A program made the translations under genes and the position numbers. A DNA stretch of 64,000 nt, taken from an uncultured Acidimicrobiaceae bacterium (GTDB lineage: Bacteria > Actinomycetota > Acidimicrobiia > Spongiisociales > ZC4RG35). The stretch lies in NCBI GenBank assembly GCA_964558575.1, contig CAZLEQ010000005.1, positions 3,743 to 67,742 of the forward strand, read 5' to 3'. The notes below the pieces were generated by a model that was not told the origin of the DNA, ran no database searches, and worked only from the letters and a program-made list of their open reading frames with translations. Position 1 is the first letter of the stretch. Each line of letters opens with the position of its first letter. Of the stretch, positions 48,746 to 58,150 are shown piece by piece.

Positions 48746-49163
48746 GATTGAGACCTCCTAGAACCAAAGCGACGCCACCGATCACGAGAATTACCGGCCA
48801 GAAGTACTGACCCAACCATGGCGCCATGGTGTTCACGAGGGCGATGGTGCCCACGAACATCAGGACCATCCCGATCACGACGGCTCCGCTGACCTGTGCC
48901 CCCGGCCCCGGAGGAGGGGTGTCCCCAGCGGGCTGTTCAGGGACGATCAGCCACATCAGCAGGTAGATGAGAACACCCGACCCGCCGCCGAATGCCAGCA
49001 CCACGAATCCGATCCGAAACCAGACCGGATCTAGGGCGAAGTAGTCGCCCAACCCGCCACACACCCCGGCGATGACCTTCTGGTCTCTGCTTCGGTAGAG
49101 ACGTGGCTGCGACCCGCTGGGGGGGGCCGCGTCGGTCTCGACCGGCTCAGACGTTGTCGACAT
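48732..49163 (-). CDS. pspC: PspC domain protein
   Basis: LYRSRDQKVIAGVCGGLGDYF..DP...R; YLLMWLIVP. Confidence 0.9.
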   Translation of the reverse strand: MSTTSEPVETDAAPPSGSQPRLYRSRDQKVIAGVCGGLGDYFALDPVWFRIGFVVLAFGGGSGVLIYLLMWLIVPEQPAGDTPPPGPGAQVSGAVVIGMVLMFVGTIALVNTMAPWLGQYFWPVILVIGGVALVLGGLNRDTR

Positions 49164-49250
49164 GATCGACTCCTTTCGGTGACCGGCTCATCGGAGCCGT
49201 AGCCTCCAACTCGCGTCACCCTGATTGGACCGCGTCTGTCGGACCCCGGA

Positions 49251-49267
49251 CAGGGCCTTTGGTCACC
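49251..49267. promoter_or_regulatory. DosR-type box upstream of the pspC operon
   Basis: Minus strand reads GGTGACCAAAGGCCCTG versus core GGGAC-N4-GNCCC. Confidence 0.6.
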
Positions 49268-49298
49268 ATCGGGAGGGCCCAACGAAGGCGCGAGCCGG

Positions 49299-50318
49299 TC
49301 AAGCGGCGAGTGAGATCGTGGCCACCGCCCCGAGATAGGCGAGGAGGAGGACGAGGGCGTCCGGCTCCAGTCGCCGAATCCGGGCCTCGGTGCCTCCCAC
49401 GATCGCCGCCACCGCGAGCGCGGTGAGCAGGATGGCACCCAACGCCGCCACTGCCAGCGCGGGAGAAACCGCAGCCAGGATCGGCCCCTCCGTGTAAGCG
49501 AGGTCGGCGAAGAAGAGGATCGACATGTTGGCGGCGTTGCTGCCGAAGAGGTTGCCTGCGGCGAGGTCGTATGCGCCGATCTTGACCGCGGCGAGAGACG
49601 CGGAGAGCTCCGGGAGCGATGTGGTTATGGCGAGGAGCAGTACTCCGATGGAGGTCTGGGCGATACCGGTGAGCTCGGCGATCCTCTCCGCACCGAGGGT
49701 CATCACAGGGGCGGCCATCAGGATGAACGACGCGGCCACTCCAAATCGGATCGCCAGACCCCGTACCGACACTTCGCCCTCGTCCACGTGCAATCCGGTG
49801 GGTTGGAGCAGGGCGGGGGCGTCGTCCTGAAAGGCTGTACGGGGCAATGCGGGGGAGCGACGGAACCAGGCGACCGCGATCACATAGAGGACGAAGATCA
49901 GGATCGACGTGATCCCCACCCAGCCGACCGCCGGTTCGGAGGAACTTTGCATTCCCACAGCCGCCAGCGCGGTCAGCACGATGGCGACCGCGGCGACGCG
50001 GGCGTGTCCCAACTCGACCACGGGCCAGACCTTTCCCCGATGGCGGAGGTCGATGAACGCGAGGATGGCCATGTTGGCCATGGAGGACCCGAACAGGTCT
50101 CCCACGGCGAGGTCGGGAGCTCCGGCCGCGGCGGCGGTTATGTCAGTGATCAGCTCCGGGAGCGAGGTGGCGAAGGCCAGTACGAGAGTCCCCACGAACA
50201 GGCCGCCGAGCCCGGTCCGCTCGGCGATCTCGTCGCCATAGGCGGCGAGCCTGGAACCTGCCATCACCACGATGGCGGCCATGACCAGGAACACGAGAGC
50301 TGCGAGGGGGAGAGTCAT
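49299..50318 (-). CDS. Sodium:calcium antiporter (CaCA family)
   Basis: Two alpha repeats ATSLPE / TTSLPE, GDLFGSS / GNLFGSN. Confidence 0.9.
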   Translation of the reverse strand: MTLPLAALVFLVMAAIVVMAGSRLAAYGDEIAERTGLGGLFVGTLVLAFATSLPELITDITAAAAGAPDLAVGDLFGSSMANMAILAFIDLRHRGKVWPVVELGHARVAAVAIVLTALAAVGMQSSSEPAVGWVGITSILIFVLYVIAVAWFRRSPALPRTAFQDDAPALLQPTGLHVDEGEVSVRGLAIRFGVAASFILMAAPVMTLGAERIAELTGIAQTSIGVLLLAITTSLPELSASLAAVKIGAYDLAAGNLFGSNAANMSILFFADLAYTEGPILAAVSPALAVAALGAILLTALAVAAIVGGTEARIRRLEPDALVLLLAYLGAVATISLAA

Positions 50319-52959
50319 GTGGCGGCGGTGATGTTGGCCCATCCGGATGCGGCCGGTTGGAAATCCGCACCAGAACCATCGAGAAAAGGGCAGCTCCTAC
50401 GGTGCAAACCATCTCCACGAACCCCAGCGGCGTCGTCCTGAACAACGTGTTGCCCGTTTCCGTGTAGACCACGGCGAGATGGAGGGCCGTGGATCCGATG
50501 AGCGCGGTCCACATCAGCTTGGGCAGCGAGATCACCGCCCCATGTCTAGTGGCGGCCGCGGCCCGGACGTTGACCGCGTGGAGGAGCTGAGACAGCACGA
50601 GGGTTGTGAACACCATGGTCTGGACCGTTGCTTGGTTGTGACCCAGGGCGAACGCTCCGATCGACATCGTCACCACCGCAGCCGATGCGAGTAGTGCACC
50701 TTGTATGAGGAGCAGGATCGTGTTCCGAGCACTGAGGACGTCACGACCGCATCCGGGTGGGTCACTCATCAGATCTCGGGTGGGGCGGTCCATCCCCAGA
50801 GCGATGGCGGGGAGGGAGTCAGAAACGAGGTTGACCCACAGCAACTGCACCGCGAGCAGAGGCTCCCCGAGTGAGCCGAACACCAAGAAGCCGAGCATCA
50901 CGTATATGACCTCGGAGGCGTTGGCAGACAGTAGATAGTGGACCACATTTCGCAGATTGGCGAACAGCCTCCGCCCCTCTGCGATGGCGGCGACGATCGT
51001 GGCGTAGTTGTCGTCCGTTAGCACCATCGCCGCCGACTCGCGGGCGATGTCCGTGCCAGACCCCATTGCCACCCCGATGTCGGCTCGATGGAGCGCAGGG
51101 GCGTCGTTGACCCCGTCGCCCGTCATGGCCACCGTGGCGCCGCGCCGCTGCCAGGCTTCGATGATCTTGACCTTGTCCGCGGGATCGACCCGGGCGTACA
51201 CGCGAATCTGCTCGACCGAGTCAGTCAGTTCGTCGACGGTCATCCTGGCAAGCTCGGCACCCGCGATCACCTCTCCCCGGTCGAGGCCAACCGCGTCCGC
51301 GATGGCAGTGGCCGTCGTCGCGTGATCCCCGGTGACCATGACGGTCCGGACTCCGGCTCGGGCCGCCCGGGCAAGGGCGTCAGGAACTTCCGCCCGCACT
51401 TTCTCACGGAGACCGATAGTGGCGATGAAGGTCAGTTCGTACTCTTCGTCGGCGGGGTCGTCAGGGAGTTCGTCGAGTTCTCGCATGGCGAAGGCGAGGG
51501 GGCGCATGCCGCCTGCTGCCAGTCTCTCGGCGACCTCACGGATCCTGTGGCTACCTTGATCGGCGATGTGTTGGTAGCCACCATCGGCGAGGAGGCGAGC
51601 GGAACGCTCGAGCAACACCTCGGGTGCGCCCTTCACCAACAGGACGTATCGGCTGCCGTCCCAGTGGACAGTCGACATCCGCTTCCGACGGGCATCGAAG
51701 GCCGCTTCGTCCCGCCGGGGCAGCTCTTTCACCAGCTGGCTGACCAAATCGGGTGAGGCCAACGAGCGGAGGAGCGCCACCTCAGTCGGGTCGCCCTGCC
51801 AGCCCTGCTCGGTTCGGTAGGCGTTGTTCACCAGGACTGCGACCGCTCGCAGCCATCCGACCCCAGGATCGTCCCGGGTGAGGAGACTCAGCCCCTCTCG
51901 TCCGTCTGCCATCACCACCTCACCCACCTCGAGGTCGGGGGCGGTCAGTGTTCCCGTCTTGTCCGTGCAGATGACGTCGACCGCGCCCAGCGCCTCGACG
52001 GCAGGGAGCCGACGCACTATCGCATTGCGGTGGGCCATCCTCTGCATACCCCCGGCGAGGCTCACTGTGATGACGGCAGGCAGCCCTTCGGGGATCGCGG
52101 CTACTGCCAGCGCCACCGCGGTCAGGATCATCGACTCGATGGGGAAATCTCGCGCAGTGCCCGCCCAGAAGATCAGCACTGCGGCAAGACTCGCCACCAT
52201 GGCGAGTCGTCGCCCGATGCGGGCCAGTTCGATCTGAAGGGGGGTGCGAGGTTGCTCGTCGCCAAAGAGCTCGGCGATATGGCCGATCTCCGTCGTCATG
52301 CCCGTTGCCGTCACCACCGCCCGCGCTCTCCCCGACACCACGGTGGTCCCGGCATGGATCATGGAGCTGCGGTCACCGATCGCGGCGTCGACGACTGCGG
52401 GCTCCGTGGATCTGGCCACCGGCACGGACTCGCCAGTGAGGGCGGCCTCGTCGACCACCAGGCGAATCGAGTCGAGTATCCGGGCATCCGCCGGCACGCG
52501 GTCGCCGGCCTCGACGAGGATCACGTCGCCCGGGACCAATATCTCAGCAGGTATCCGACGTACCGTTCCGTCACGGACGACCGTGGCCTCCAAGGCCCCG
52601 AGGTCGCGAAGACGATCGAGAGATGTCCTGGCCTTCGTCTCCTGGACGTAGCCGACCAGGGCATTGAGCACGACGATGGCACCGATTGCCGCCGCATCGA
52701 TCCAAGCCTGGAGCAGGACTCCACTGGCAACGGCGGCGATGATGAGGAGCCAGATCAGCACGTCCCGGAACTGATCGATGAAACGCCGCATCCGTATCCA
52801 TCTCTCAGGCTCTCGGAGGCGATTCGGGCCGTGAACCTCGATCCGATCGGTGGCTTCGGCATTGCTCAAGCCGCGAATCGGGTTCGAGCCCAGACGGGCG
52901 AGAGTGTCCTGGACGCTCAGTCTGTGCCAGGCAGAGTCGGTCGGTCCGTCCTCGTTCAT
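50143..52959 (-). CDS. Cation-transporting P-type ATPase (type IIA, CtpF-like)
   Basis: TGES, PEGLP, DKTGT, KGAPE, TGDH, GDGVND. Confidence 0.93.
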   Translation of the reverse strand: MNEDGPTDSAWHRLSVQDTLARLGSNPIRGLSNAEATDRIEVHGPNRLREPERWIRMRRFIDQFRDVLIWLLIIAAVASGVLLQAWIDAAAIGAIVVLNALVGYVQETKARTSLDRLRDLGALEATVVRDGTVRRIPAEILVPGDVILVEAGDRVPADARILDSIRLVVDEAALTGESVPVARSTEPAVVDAAIGDRSSMIHAGTTVVSGRARAVVTATGMTTEIGHIAELFGDEQPRTPLQIELARIGRRLAMVASLAAVLIFWAGTARDFPIESMILTAVALAVAAIPEGLPAVITVSLAGGMQRMAHRNAIVRRLPAVEALGAVDVICTDKTGTLTAPDLEVGEVVMADGREGLSLLTRDDPGVGWLRAVAVLVNNAYRTEQGWQGDPTEVALLRSLASPDLVSQLVKELPRRDEAAFDARRKRMSTVHWDGSRYVLLVKGAPEVLLERSARLLADGGYQHIADQGSHRIREVAERLAAGGMRPLAFAMRELDELPDDPADEEYELTFIATIGLREKVRAEVPDALARAARAGVRTVMVTGDHATTATAIADAVGLDRGEVIAGAELARMTVDELTDSVEQIRVYARVDPADKVKIIEAWQRRGATVAMTGDGVNDAPALHRADIGVAMGSGTDIARESAAMVLTDDNYATIVAAIAEGRRLFANLRNVVHYLLSANASEVIYVMLGFLVFGSLGEPLLAVQLLWVNLVSDSLPAIALGMDRPTRDLMSDPPGCGRDVLSARNTILLLIQGALLASAAVVTMSIGAFALGHNQATVQTMVFTTLVLSQLLHAVNVRAAAATRHGAVISLPKLMWTALIGSTALHLAVVYTETGNTLFRTTPLGFVEMVCTVGAALFSMVLVRISNRPHPDGPTSPPPHDSPPRSSRVPGHGRHRGDGRFQARRLWRRDRRADRARRPVRGDSRTGLRHLAPGADH

Positions 52960-53041
52960 CCTCCCGAAATCCTGCCGTTTGCCCCTGATGGCCGGAGGAG
53001 AAGTAGGCCATTGCTCCGGGTGAGGGACGTCCCGTTCCCGG

Positions 53042-54064
53042 TCAGGTGAGGAACCAACTGGCTTCCCGGTAGGTGTCCAGGTCGAGGTGTCGGGGCCTGG
53101 CAACGGCTTCCGCCATGTCGACGGGGACGATACGGTTGCCCCGGAGCGCAACCATCAACCCGCTCCTCCCCTCCATGGCCAACTCGGTCGCCTGCACTCC
53201 CATGCGCGTTCCGAGCATCCGGTCGAATGCGGTGGGGGTTCCCCCACGCTGGAGGTACCCCAGGATCGTCGGTCGGGCCTCGTACGTGGTGAGACGCTCG
53301 ATCTCGGACGCCACCTCCTGGCAGACCCCTCCGATCCGGGTGAACCCATAGGGATCGGTTCCCGTCTCCGAGATTGCGCCGCTCGGCCCCGGGGTCCCCT
53401 CTGCCACCACGATCACGGAGAAGTCGTACCCCGACTCGTGGCGGGCGACGATCCTGCGGGCCAGGTCTTCGTAATCGACCTCCACCTCCGGCACCAGAAT
53501 GGCCTGGGCCCCTCCCGCCATCCCCGCCGCGGCGGCGATCCACCCGGTGGTGCGGCCCATCACTTCGATCACCATGATCCGGTTATGTGACTCGGCCGTG
53601 GTGGCCAGTCGATCGATGGCGTCGACGACTATCTGCACTGCGGTGTGGAATCCGATGCTCACGTCGGTCCCGTCGATGTCGTTGTCGATGGTCTTCGGGA
53701 CTCCGACGATGGGGAGCCCCTCCCGCTCCAGGTGGATGGCCGTGCGCAGCGACCCGTCCCCTCCGATCACCACCAGGGCGTCGATCTCGTGCTGTTCCAC
53801 CGTATTGCGAATGGACTCATAGCCGTCGCCGTGCTCATACGGATCCTGGCGCGATGTGCCCAGGATCGTGCCGCCTCGACCCACCACGCCCCGCACGTCG
53901 TCCCTGGTCATGGGGCGGGTCGTCCCCTCCATGAGGCCGGCCCAGCCTTCCTCGATGCCGACCACCTCCCGCCCCTCGGCGGTGGCCCTGGTCACCACCG
54001 CCCGAATGGCTGCGTTGAGGCCCGGGCAGTCACCCCCTGCGGTGAGGACGCCGATGGAGCCCAT
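53042..54064 (-). CDS. pfkA: ATP-dependent 6-phosphofructokinase
   Basis: GGDCPGLN, GGTILGTSR, GGDGS, PKTIDND, EVMGR, LQRGG. Confidence 0.95.
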   Translation of the reverse strand: MGSIGVLTAGGDCPGLNAAIRAVVTRATAEGREVVGIEEGWAGLMEGTTRPMTRDDVRGVVGRGGTILGTSRQDPYEHGDGYESIRNTVEQHEIDALVVIGGDGSLRTAIHLEREGLPIVGVPKTIDNDIDGTDVSIGFHTAVQIVVDAIDRLATTAESHNRIMVIEVMGRTTGWIAAAAGMAGGAQAILVPEVEVDYEDLARRIVARHESGYDFSVIVVAEGTPGPSGAISETGTDPYGFTRIGGVCQEVASEIERLTTYEARPTILGYLQRGGTPTAFDRMLGTRMGVQATELAMEGRSGLMVALRGNRIVPVDMAEAVARPRHLDLDTYREASWFLT

Positions 54065-54136
54065 CAGTAAGTCGTCTGCGTCACGGCCGAGCGATTGTAG
54101 ATGGTGTCCGGTCACCTCATGGGCCGCGCCACGAAA

Positions 54137-54181
54137 CAGGGACTTTCGGCCCTAGACGACTTGGGGTGATGCTGGTATGTT
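54137..54181. promoter_or_regulatory. DosR-type box abutting a sigmaA-like promoter
   Basis: CAGGGACTTTCGGCCCTAG 54137-55; TAGACG (54153-58)-N17-TATGTT (54176-81) on the + strand. Confidence 0.7.
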
Positions 54182-54189
54182 CCGCAGCT

Positions 54190-54325
54190 GAAGAGCCCGA
54201 GGTGTGAGAACGGGTACCAGGTGACTGCCTGGTTGAGACCGAGACCATAGGAGTCCCGGGACCGTAGAACCTGAACCGGTTGATACCGGCGTAGGAACTC
54301 ATTCATCGGGCTCTTCTTCTTTCTT
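54190..54325 (+). ncRNA. TPP riboswitch aptamer with extended closing stem and pyrimidine tail
   Basis: ACGGG...GGT-TGAGA...GACCGT-AGAACCTGA-ACCGG-TTGAT-ACCGGCGTAGGAA; P3 ACCAGG/CCTGGT; outer stem GAAGAGCCCGA/TCGGGCTCTTC. Confidence 0.85.
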
Positions 54326-54420
54326 GCTCCCTCCGTGTTCTGATCGAAGGGGCTTCCGGCCTGCGGCATTCGGGACCTGCTCCCATAGCCGTCTCGTCCG
54401 TTGCGGGCGATGCTCGACGG

Positions 54421-54681
54421 GTGAGACCCGGAGAAATTCGCCAATTGCTCGTCGATGTCGTCGTCGGCACCCTGATCGGGGGGATCGTGGGTGGAATCCT
54501 GGCGGTCAACCTGGTCATCTACTACGGCCTGGAGCGCGGTTACGAGTCCAGCTTCGCGGAGATCTTCGAAGCGAGTGTCGTCCTGGGCACGATCGTGGTA
54601 GGGGTTCTGGTCGCCTTCCCGGTACTGGGCGTGGTGATGGCGCGGCGGCGGAGGGCGCGAAGCCGAACCAGTGTCGGATGA
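54421..54681 (+). CDS. Small 2-TM hypothetical protein
   Basis: 86 aa, two hydrophobic helices, basic C-terminal tail. Confidence 0.6.
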   Translation: MRPGEIRQLLVDVVVGTLIGGIVGGILAVNLVIYYGLERGYESSFAEIFEASVVLGTIVVGVLVAFPVLGVVMARRRRARSRTSVG

Positions 54682-54683
54682 GC

Positions 54684-55145
54684 TCAGTCGCCGCCTGCGA
54701 TATCGACGTTGAAGGCGTCGAACAGAAGCTCTGCCCCTGACTGGCGATGGAGTGTCAGCCGGACGAGGAGAGCATTCACCCTGCGACGCAGCATCTGTGT
54801 CGACCAGTCGGCGGTCATACTCAATGCCCGATGACAAGCCGACTCCAGGGAGCGATGCTCGTCACGGAGCCGCTCCACCGCAGGCTGCAGATGTGGCGCC
54901 CGGTCGAGGATCTCGGCGAACAAGCCGTCCTCCGCCTCGATCTGGGCGGTGTGATCACTCAGTGCCGCTTCCAGATGCGAGAGAGCGGTCTCGATGTCCA
55001 TTCTCCAATCGGCGGCGCCGCTGGGCCGGGCGACGGCCCGCTCCAGACCTGTCATCGCGTGGTAGAGCTCCTGGCGCCGGCTGACCACCTGGTCTTGGGT
55101 ATCGTCCGATGGCCAGCTGATGTCGTCAGCTTGGAATTCGCTCAT
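54684..55145 (-). CDS. Hemerythrin-like domain protein
   Basis: H...E..DGLF...AP.L......L..EH, H....E spacing. Confidence 0.7.
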   Translation of the reverse strand: MSEFQADDISWPSDDTQDQVVSRRQELYHAMTGLERAVARPSGAADWRMDIETALSHLEAALSDHTAQIEAEDGLFAEILDRAPHLQPAVERLRDEHRSLESACHRALSMTADWSTQMLRRRVNALLVRLTLHRQSGAELLFDAFNVDIAGGD

Positions 55146-55212
55146 GGCCGCGATGATGCAGCACCGGGGTGATCGGGCAAGGGCACAATGGCCCAATCTT
55201 CGGGCCGTTCGG

Positions 55213-55578
55213 TCAGGCTCCCCGGGTCAGGTTCTCGAAGAGCAGGGGCTGGGTGGGGGCGAGCAGGAGGACCTCGCCGTCGGTCGACATCCACAGCTGG
55301 GGACCGGCCTTGAGCCAGGCCCGGCGGGGCAGGGCGTCGAGGTTGCGCCGCTTCCGGGCCGTTGGGGGAACGTAGACGAGGGCTTCCCGCACCGGAGCGC
55401 CCAGCGCCTCTATCGACCCCGCCAGGTCATAGCTACCGAACAGGGCAGCCATGGCCTCGGCAGGGTCGATGGCGCCGCGGTCGGAGAGCCAGTCGACCGA
55501 CCCGCACTCCTCGCATGCGGCGACTGCAACCCTCCCAACCCAGACCGGCTTGTGCTCGCACCACTGGTTCGTGTCCAT
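55213..55578 (-). CDS. Hypothetical protein with Cys/His cluster (possible Zn ribbon)
   Basis: CEH...CEEC; TAGATT 7 nt before the ATG. Confidence 0.6.
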   Translation of the reverse strand: MDTNQWCEHKPVWVGRVAVAACEECGSVDWLSDRGAIDPAEAMAALFGSYDLAGSIEALGAPVREALVYVPPTARKRRNLDALPRRAWLKAGPQLWMSTDGEVLLLAPTQPLLFENLTRGA

Positions 55579-55638
55579 GTCCGACAATCTACGACTGGGA
55601 TGGGACAGAATTGGGGCTGACCCAGTGGTCCCCGTGGA

Positions 55639-55657
55639 TAGGGGACTTTCGGCCGTG
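55639..55657. promoter_or_regulatory. DosR-type box
   Basis: TAGGGGACTTTCGGCCGTG shares 13 bp GGGACTTTCGGCC with the 54139 site. Confidence 0.7.
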
Positions 55658-55711
55658 GTGGCAGACCGCCGCGGGCCCGAAGATGGAGGCACAGATGCCA
55701 AGGAGGATGAC

Positions 55712-56092
55712 ATGGAACTCAGGGAGCTGGTCAGCGGCGAGATCGAGACCATCGCCGCGGAGGCGAAGGCGATCGATGCCGCCATCCAGATGCAACAGGC
55801 CGGTGTCGGTTCGCTGGCGGTGATGACCGGCGACGATTTCAGCGGGATCTTCACCGAGCGTGATGTGCTACGACTCGTCGCATCGGGCGAGGACGCCGCT
55901 TCGGAGACGGTCGGCGAATGGATGACGATGTACCCGGACGCCTTCCTGCCCGACATGGAGGTCGGTGAGGCTGCCGAGTGGATGCTGGCCGCCGGCTATC
56001 GGCATCTTCCGGTGATGGATCAGGGACGTCTCATCGGCATGGTGTCGATCAAGGACATCCTCTGGGCGCTGAGCGGAGATTCGGTCGGTTGA
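55712..56092 (+). CDS. CBS domain protein (Hrp1-like)
   Basis: GIFTERD, V.EWMT, RHLPV...LIGMVSIKD; AAGGAGG SD. Confidence 0.9.
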   Translation: MELRELVSGEIETIAAEAKAIDAAIQMQQAGVGSLAVMTGDDFSGIFTERDVLRLVASGEDAASETVGEWMTMYPDAFLPDMEVGEAAEWMLAAGYRHLPVMDQGRLIGMVSIKDILWALSGDSVG

Positions 56093-56093
56093 C

Positions 56094-56558
56094 ATGGATG
56101 AGCTGACCCGTGAGGAGGCATTGGAGGTCCTCGAGCGCGAGTTCGTCGCCCATCTCGGCGTGATCGTCGACGGTCTGCCGTATGTCACTCCCATGTCCTA
56201 TGTGACCGACGGGAATCGGATCCTGTTCCGGACGATGCCCGGAAGGAAACTCGACGGGATCCGCACCCACCCGTCGGTGTGCATCGAAGTGTCCCACTTC
56301 GATCGAGACACCGGAGACTGGGTCAGCGTGATCGTGGCGGGAACGGCACGGTTTGTCGACGATCCCGATGTGAGACAGGACACGATCGTCCGGCTCTTCG
56401 AGAAGTACGAGCGAGTGATGGGCTCACCGCTCTCCCGGAGTGGCGGCTTGGTGCCTCTCGGAGGCGACCCGCAAGTGATCGAGGTGCCCATCGACCACGT
56501 CTCCGGTATGTCATCCGGCCGCGGGATGCATGTTCGCACCAAGCCGGGAAGGCTCTGA
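56094..56558 (+). CDS. Pyridoxamine 5'-phosphate oxidase family flavin-binding protein
   Basis: PYVTPMSY, GRKL, P.VC.EV, W.SVIV.G. Confidence 0.85.
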   Translation: MDELTREEALEVLEREFVAHLGVIVDGLPYVTPMSYVTDGNRILFRTMPGRKLDGIRTHPSVCIEVSHFDRDTGDWVSVIVAGTARFVDDPDVRQDTIVRLFEKYERVMGSPLSRSGGLVPLGGDPQVIEVPIDHVSGMSSGRGMHVRTKPGRL

Positions 56559-56559
56559 G

Positions 56560-57015
56560 TTGTTCGTCGAGTACACGACCAAAGTCGAGGCGGGTCTCTC
56601 GCATGTGGAGAAGAGTCTCGACCGGGTCCGGTCCAGTCTGGAGGAGTGGGCTGACATCGCCTATCGGGAGGGTGAGCAGTTGAGGGCACGGGTCGGCCCG
56701 TCGGCGGGAATCGCCCGGGAGGTGAAGCTGAAGATTGGCGGCGCCGAGATCCATCGCTCAGGTCTCGTCTATCCAATCCACTGGACGGCCAGTGGCGCCG
56801 GTCTCCTCTTCCCCGAGTTGAGCGCGGACCTGATTCTCTCCAAGTCGGGATCACAGGTCACCCACCTGACCTTACGCGGGACCTACCAGCCGCCACTGGG
56901 ACCCCTGGGCCGGCTCGCCGACCGGATCGTGCTAGGAAGGGTCGCCGACGCCACGGTCGCCGATTGGATGGAGCGACTCGCTACGGCGCTCAGTTCCGAG
57001 ACGGCGAGTCGCTGA
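56560..57015 (+). CDS. Conserved hypothetical protein (hypoxia-island type)
   Basis: LFPELSADL, L.GTY.PPLG.LG..ADR; in operon with the CBS and PNPOx genes. Confidence 0.65.
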   Translation: MFVEYTTKVEAGLSHVEKSLDRVRSSLEEWADIAYREGEQLRARVGPSAGIAREVKLKIGGAEIHRSGLVYPIHWTASGAGLLFPELSADLILSKSGSQVTHLTLRGTYQPPLGPLGRLADRIVLGRVADATVADWMERLATALSSETASR

Positions 57016-58117
57016 CCGGGAAACGCACCTCGACGGTGGTCCCTTCGCCCGGTGTGCTTCGCACCTCCATCCTCCCGCCGAGCCCGTGGGCCCGGGTCCG
57101 CATGCTCGCCAGTCCCATCCCCGCTTCCGAGGGCCGAGCGTCGTCGAACCCGATTCCGTCGTCGCTGACCAGCAGCACGACGTGGTCGTCATCTCGCCCG
57201 AGGCGGATCTCGACGTTCTCCGCGTTGGAGTGCCTGAGGGCGTTGGACAGGGCCTCGGTCAAGATCAGGAGCAGCTCGTCGTCGGAATCGTGGCTCTCGA
57301 ACGCGTCGAGAGTGAGCCGGACCCGCGCCGGGTAGACAGACCCCATTCGGGCGACCAGCGCCTGGACCCGGTCATCGAGCCCGGTGGTGGGTCGGACCGT
57401 CTCCCTCAGCTCGAACACATAGTGACGCAGGCGATTCACCGCCTCGTCGAGGGTGTCGACGGACCTGTCGAGGAGCTCGGCGACGCCCTGGTCGTCCACC
57501 TGCGAGACGAGACCCTGGAGACCGAGACCAACGGCGAACAGATCCTGGATCACGGAGTCGTGTAGGTCGCGCGCGATGCGGAGACGGTCCTCCATGACCG
57601 CGACGTGTCTGAGCCTCGTCTGGAGACGGGCGGTCTGGATGGCGGCTCCTGCGATGCGCCCCAGGGCCTGGACGACCGCGATGTCCTCGTCGGTGAATCC
57701 ACCCTCCTTGTCGGCCAGATAGAGGTTTCCGTACGTCTCGCCCCCAACGGACACGGGGACACCCAGAAAGGTCCCCATTGGGGGATGGTGCTCCGGAAAT
57801 CCGACTGAGTCGGGATGATCTGTGATCGACTCGAGGACGATGGTCTTGTTCTCCCGTATCACCGTGCCCAACACGCCTCGTCCGGTGGGCGGATGTCCGA
57901 TCCGCTCGGCCTCCTCTCTGGTGATCCCCTGGTAGACGAAGTCGGAGAGGGTCTGGTGGTCACCGAGGACGCCCATGGCCACGTAGGGAGCGTCCGTGGC
58001 AGCCATGACCTCGGCCACAAGCGTGCGGAGGACCCGGCCAAGATCGGCTTCGCCCTCCACCGCGGCGGCCTCGGCGATGAGAGGTGCGATTCGGCTCAGT
58101 TCGCGCCTGTCGGTCAT
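56990..58117 (-). CDS. DosS/DosT-like GAF sensor histidine kinase
   Basis: GFPEHHPPMGTFLGVP heme-GAF, RIARDLHDSVIQ H-box, EALSNALRHS, DDGIGF. Confidence 0.9.
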   Translation of the reverse strand: MTDRRELSRIAPLIAEAAAVEGEADLGRVLRTLVAEVMAATDAPYVAMGVLGDHQTLSDFVYQGITREEAERIGHPPTGRGVLGTVIRENKTIVLESITDHPDSVGFPEHHPPMGTFLGVPVSVGGETYGNLYLADKEGGFTDEDIAVVQALGRIAGAAIQTARLQTRLRHVAVMEDRLRIARDLHDSVIQDLFAVGLGLQGLVSQVDDQGVAELLDRSVDTLDEAVNRLRHYVFELRETVRPTTGLDDRVQALVARMGSVYPARVRLTLDAFESHDSDDELLLILTEALSNALRHSNAENVEIRLGRDDDHVVLLVSDDGIGFDDARPSEAGMGLASMRTRAHGLGGRMEVRSTPGEGTTVEVRFPVSDSPSRN

Positions 58118-58150
58118 GATTCGACGATAACCCCAGCTAGCGTGATCGCC

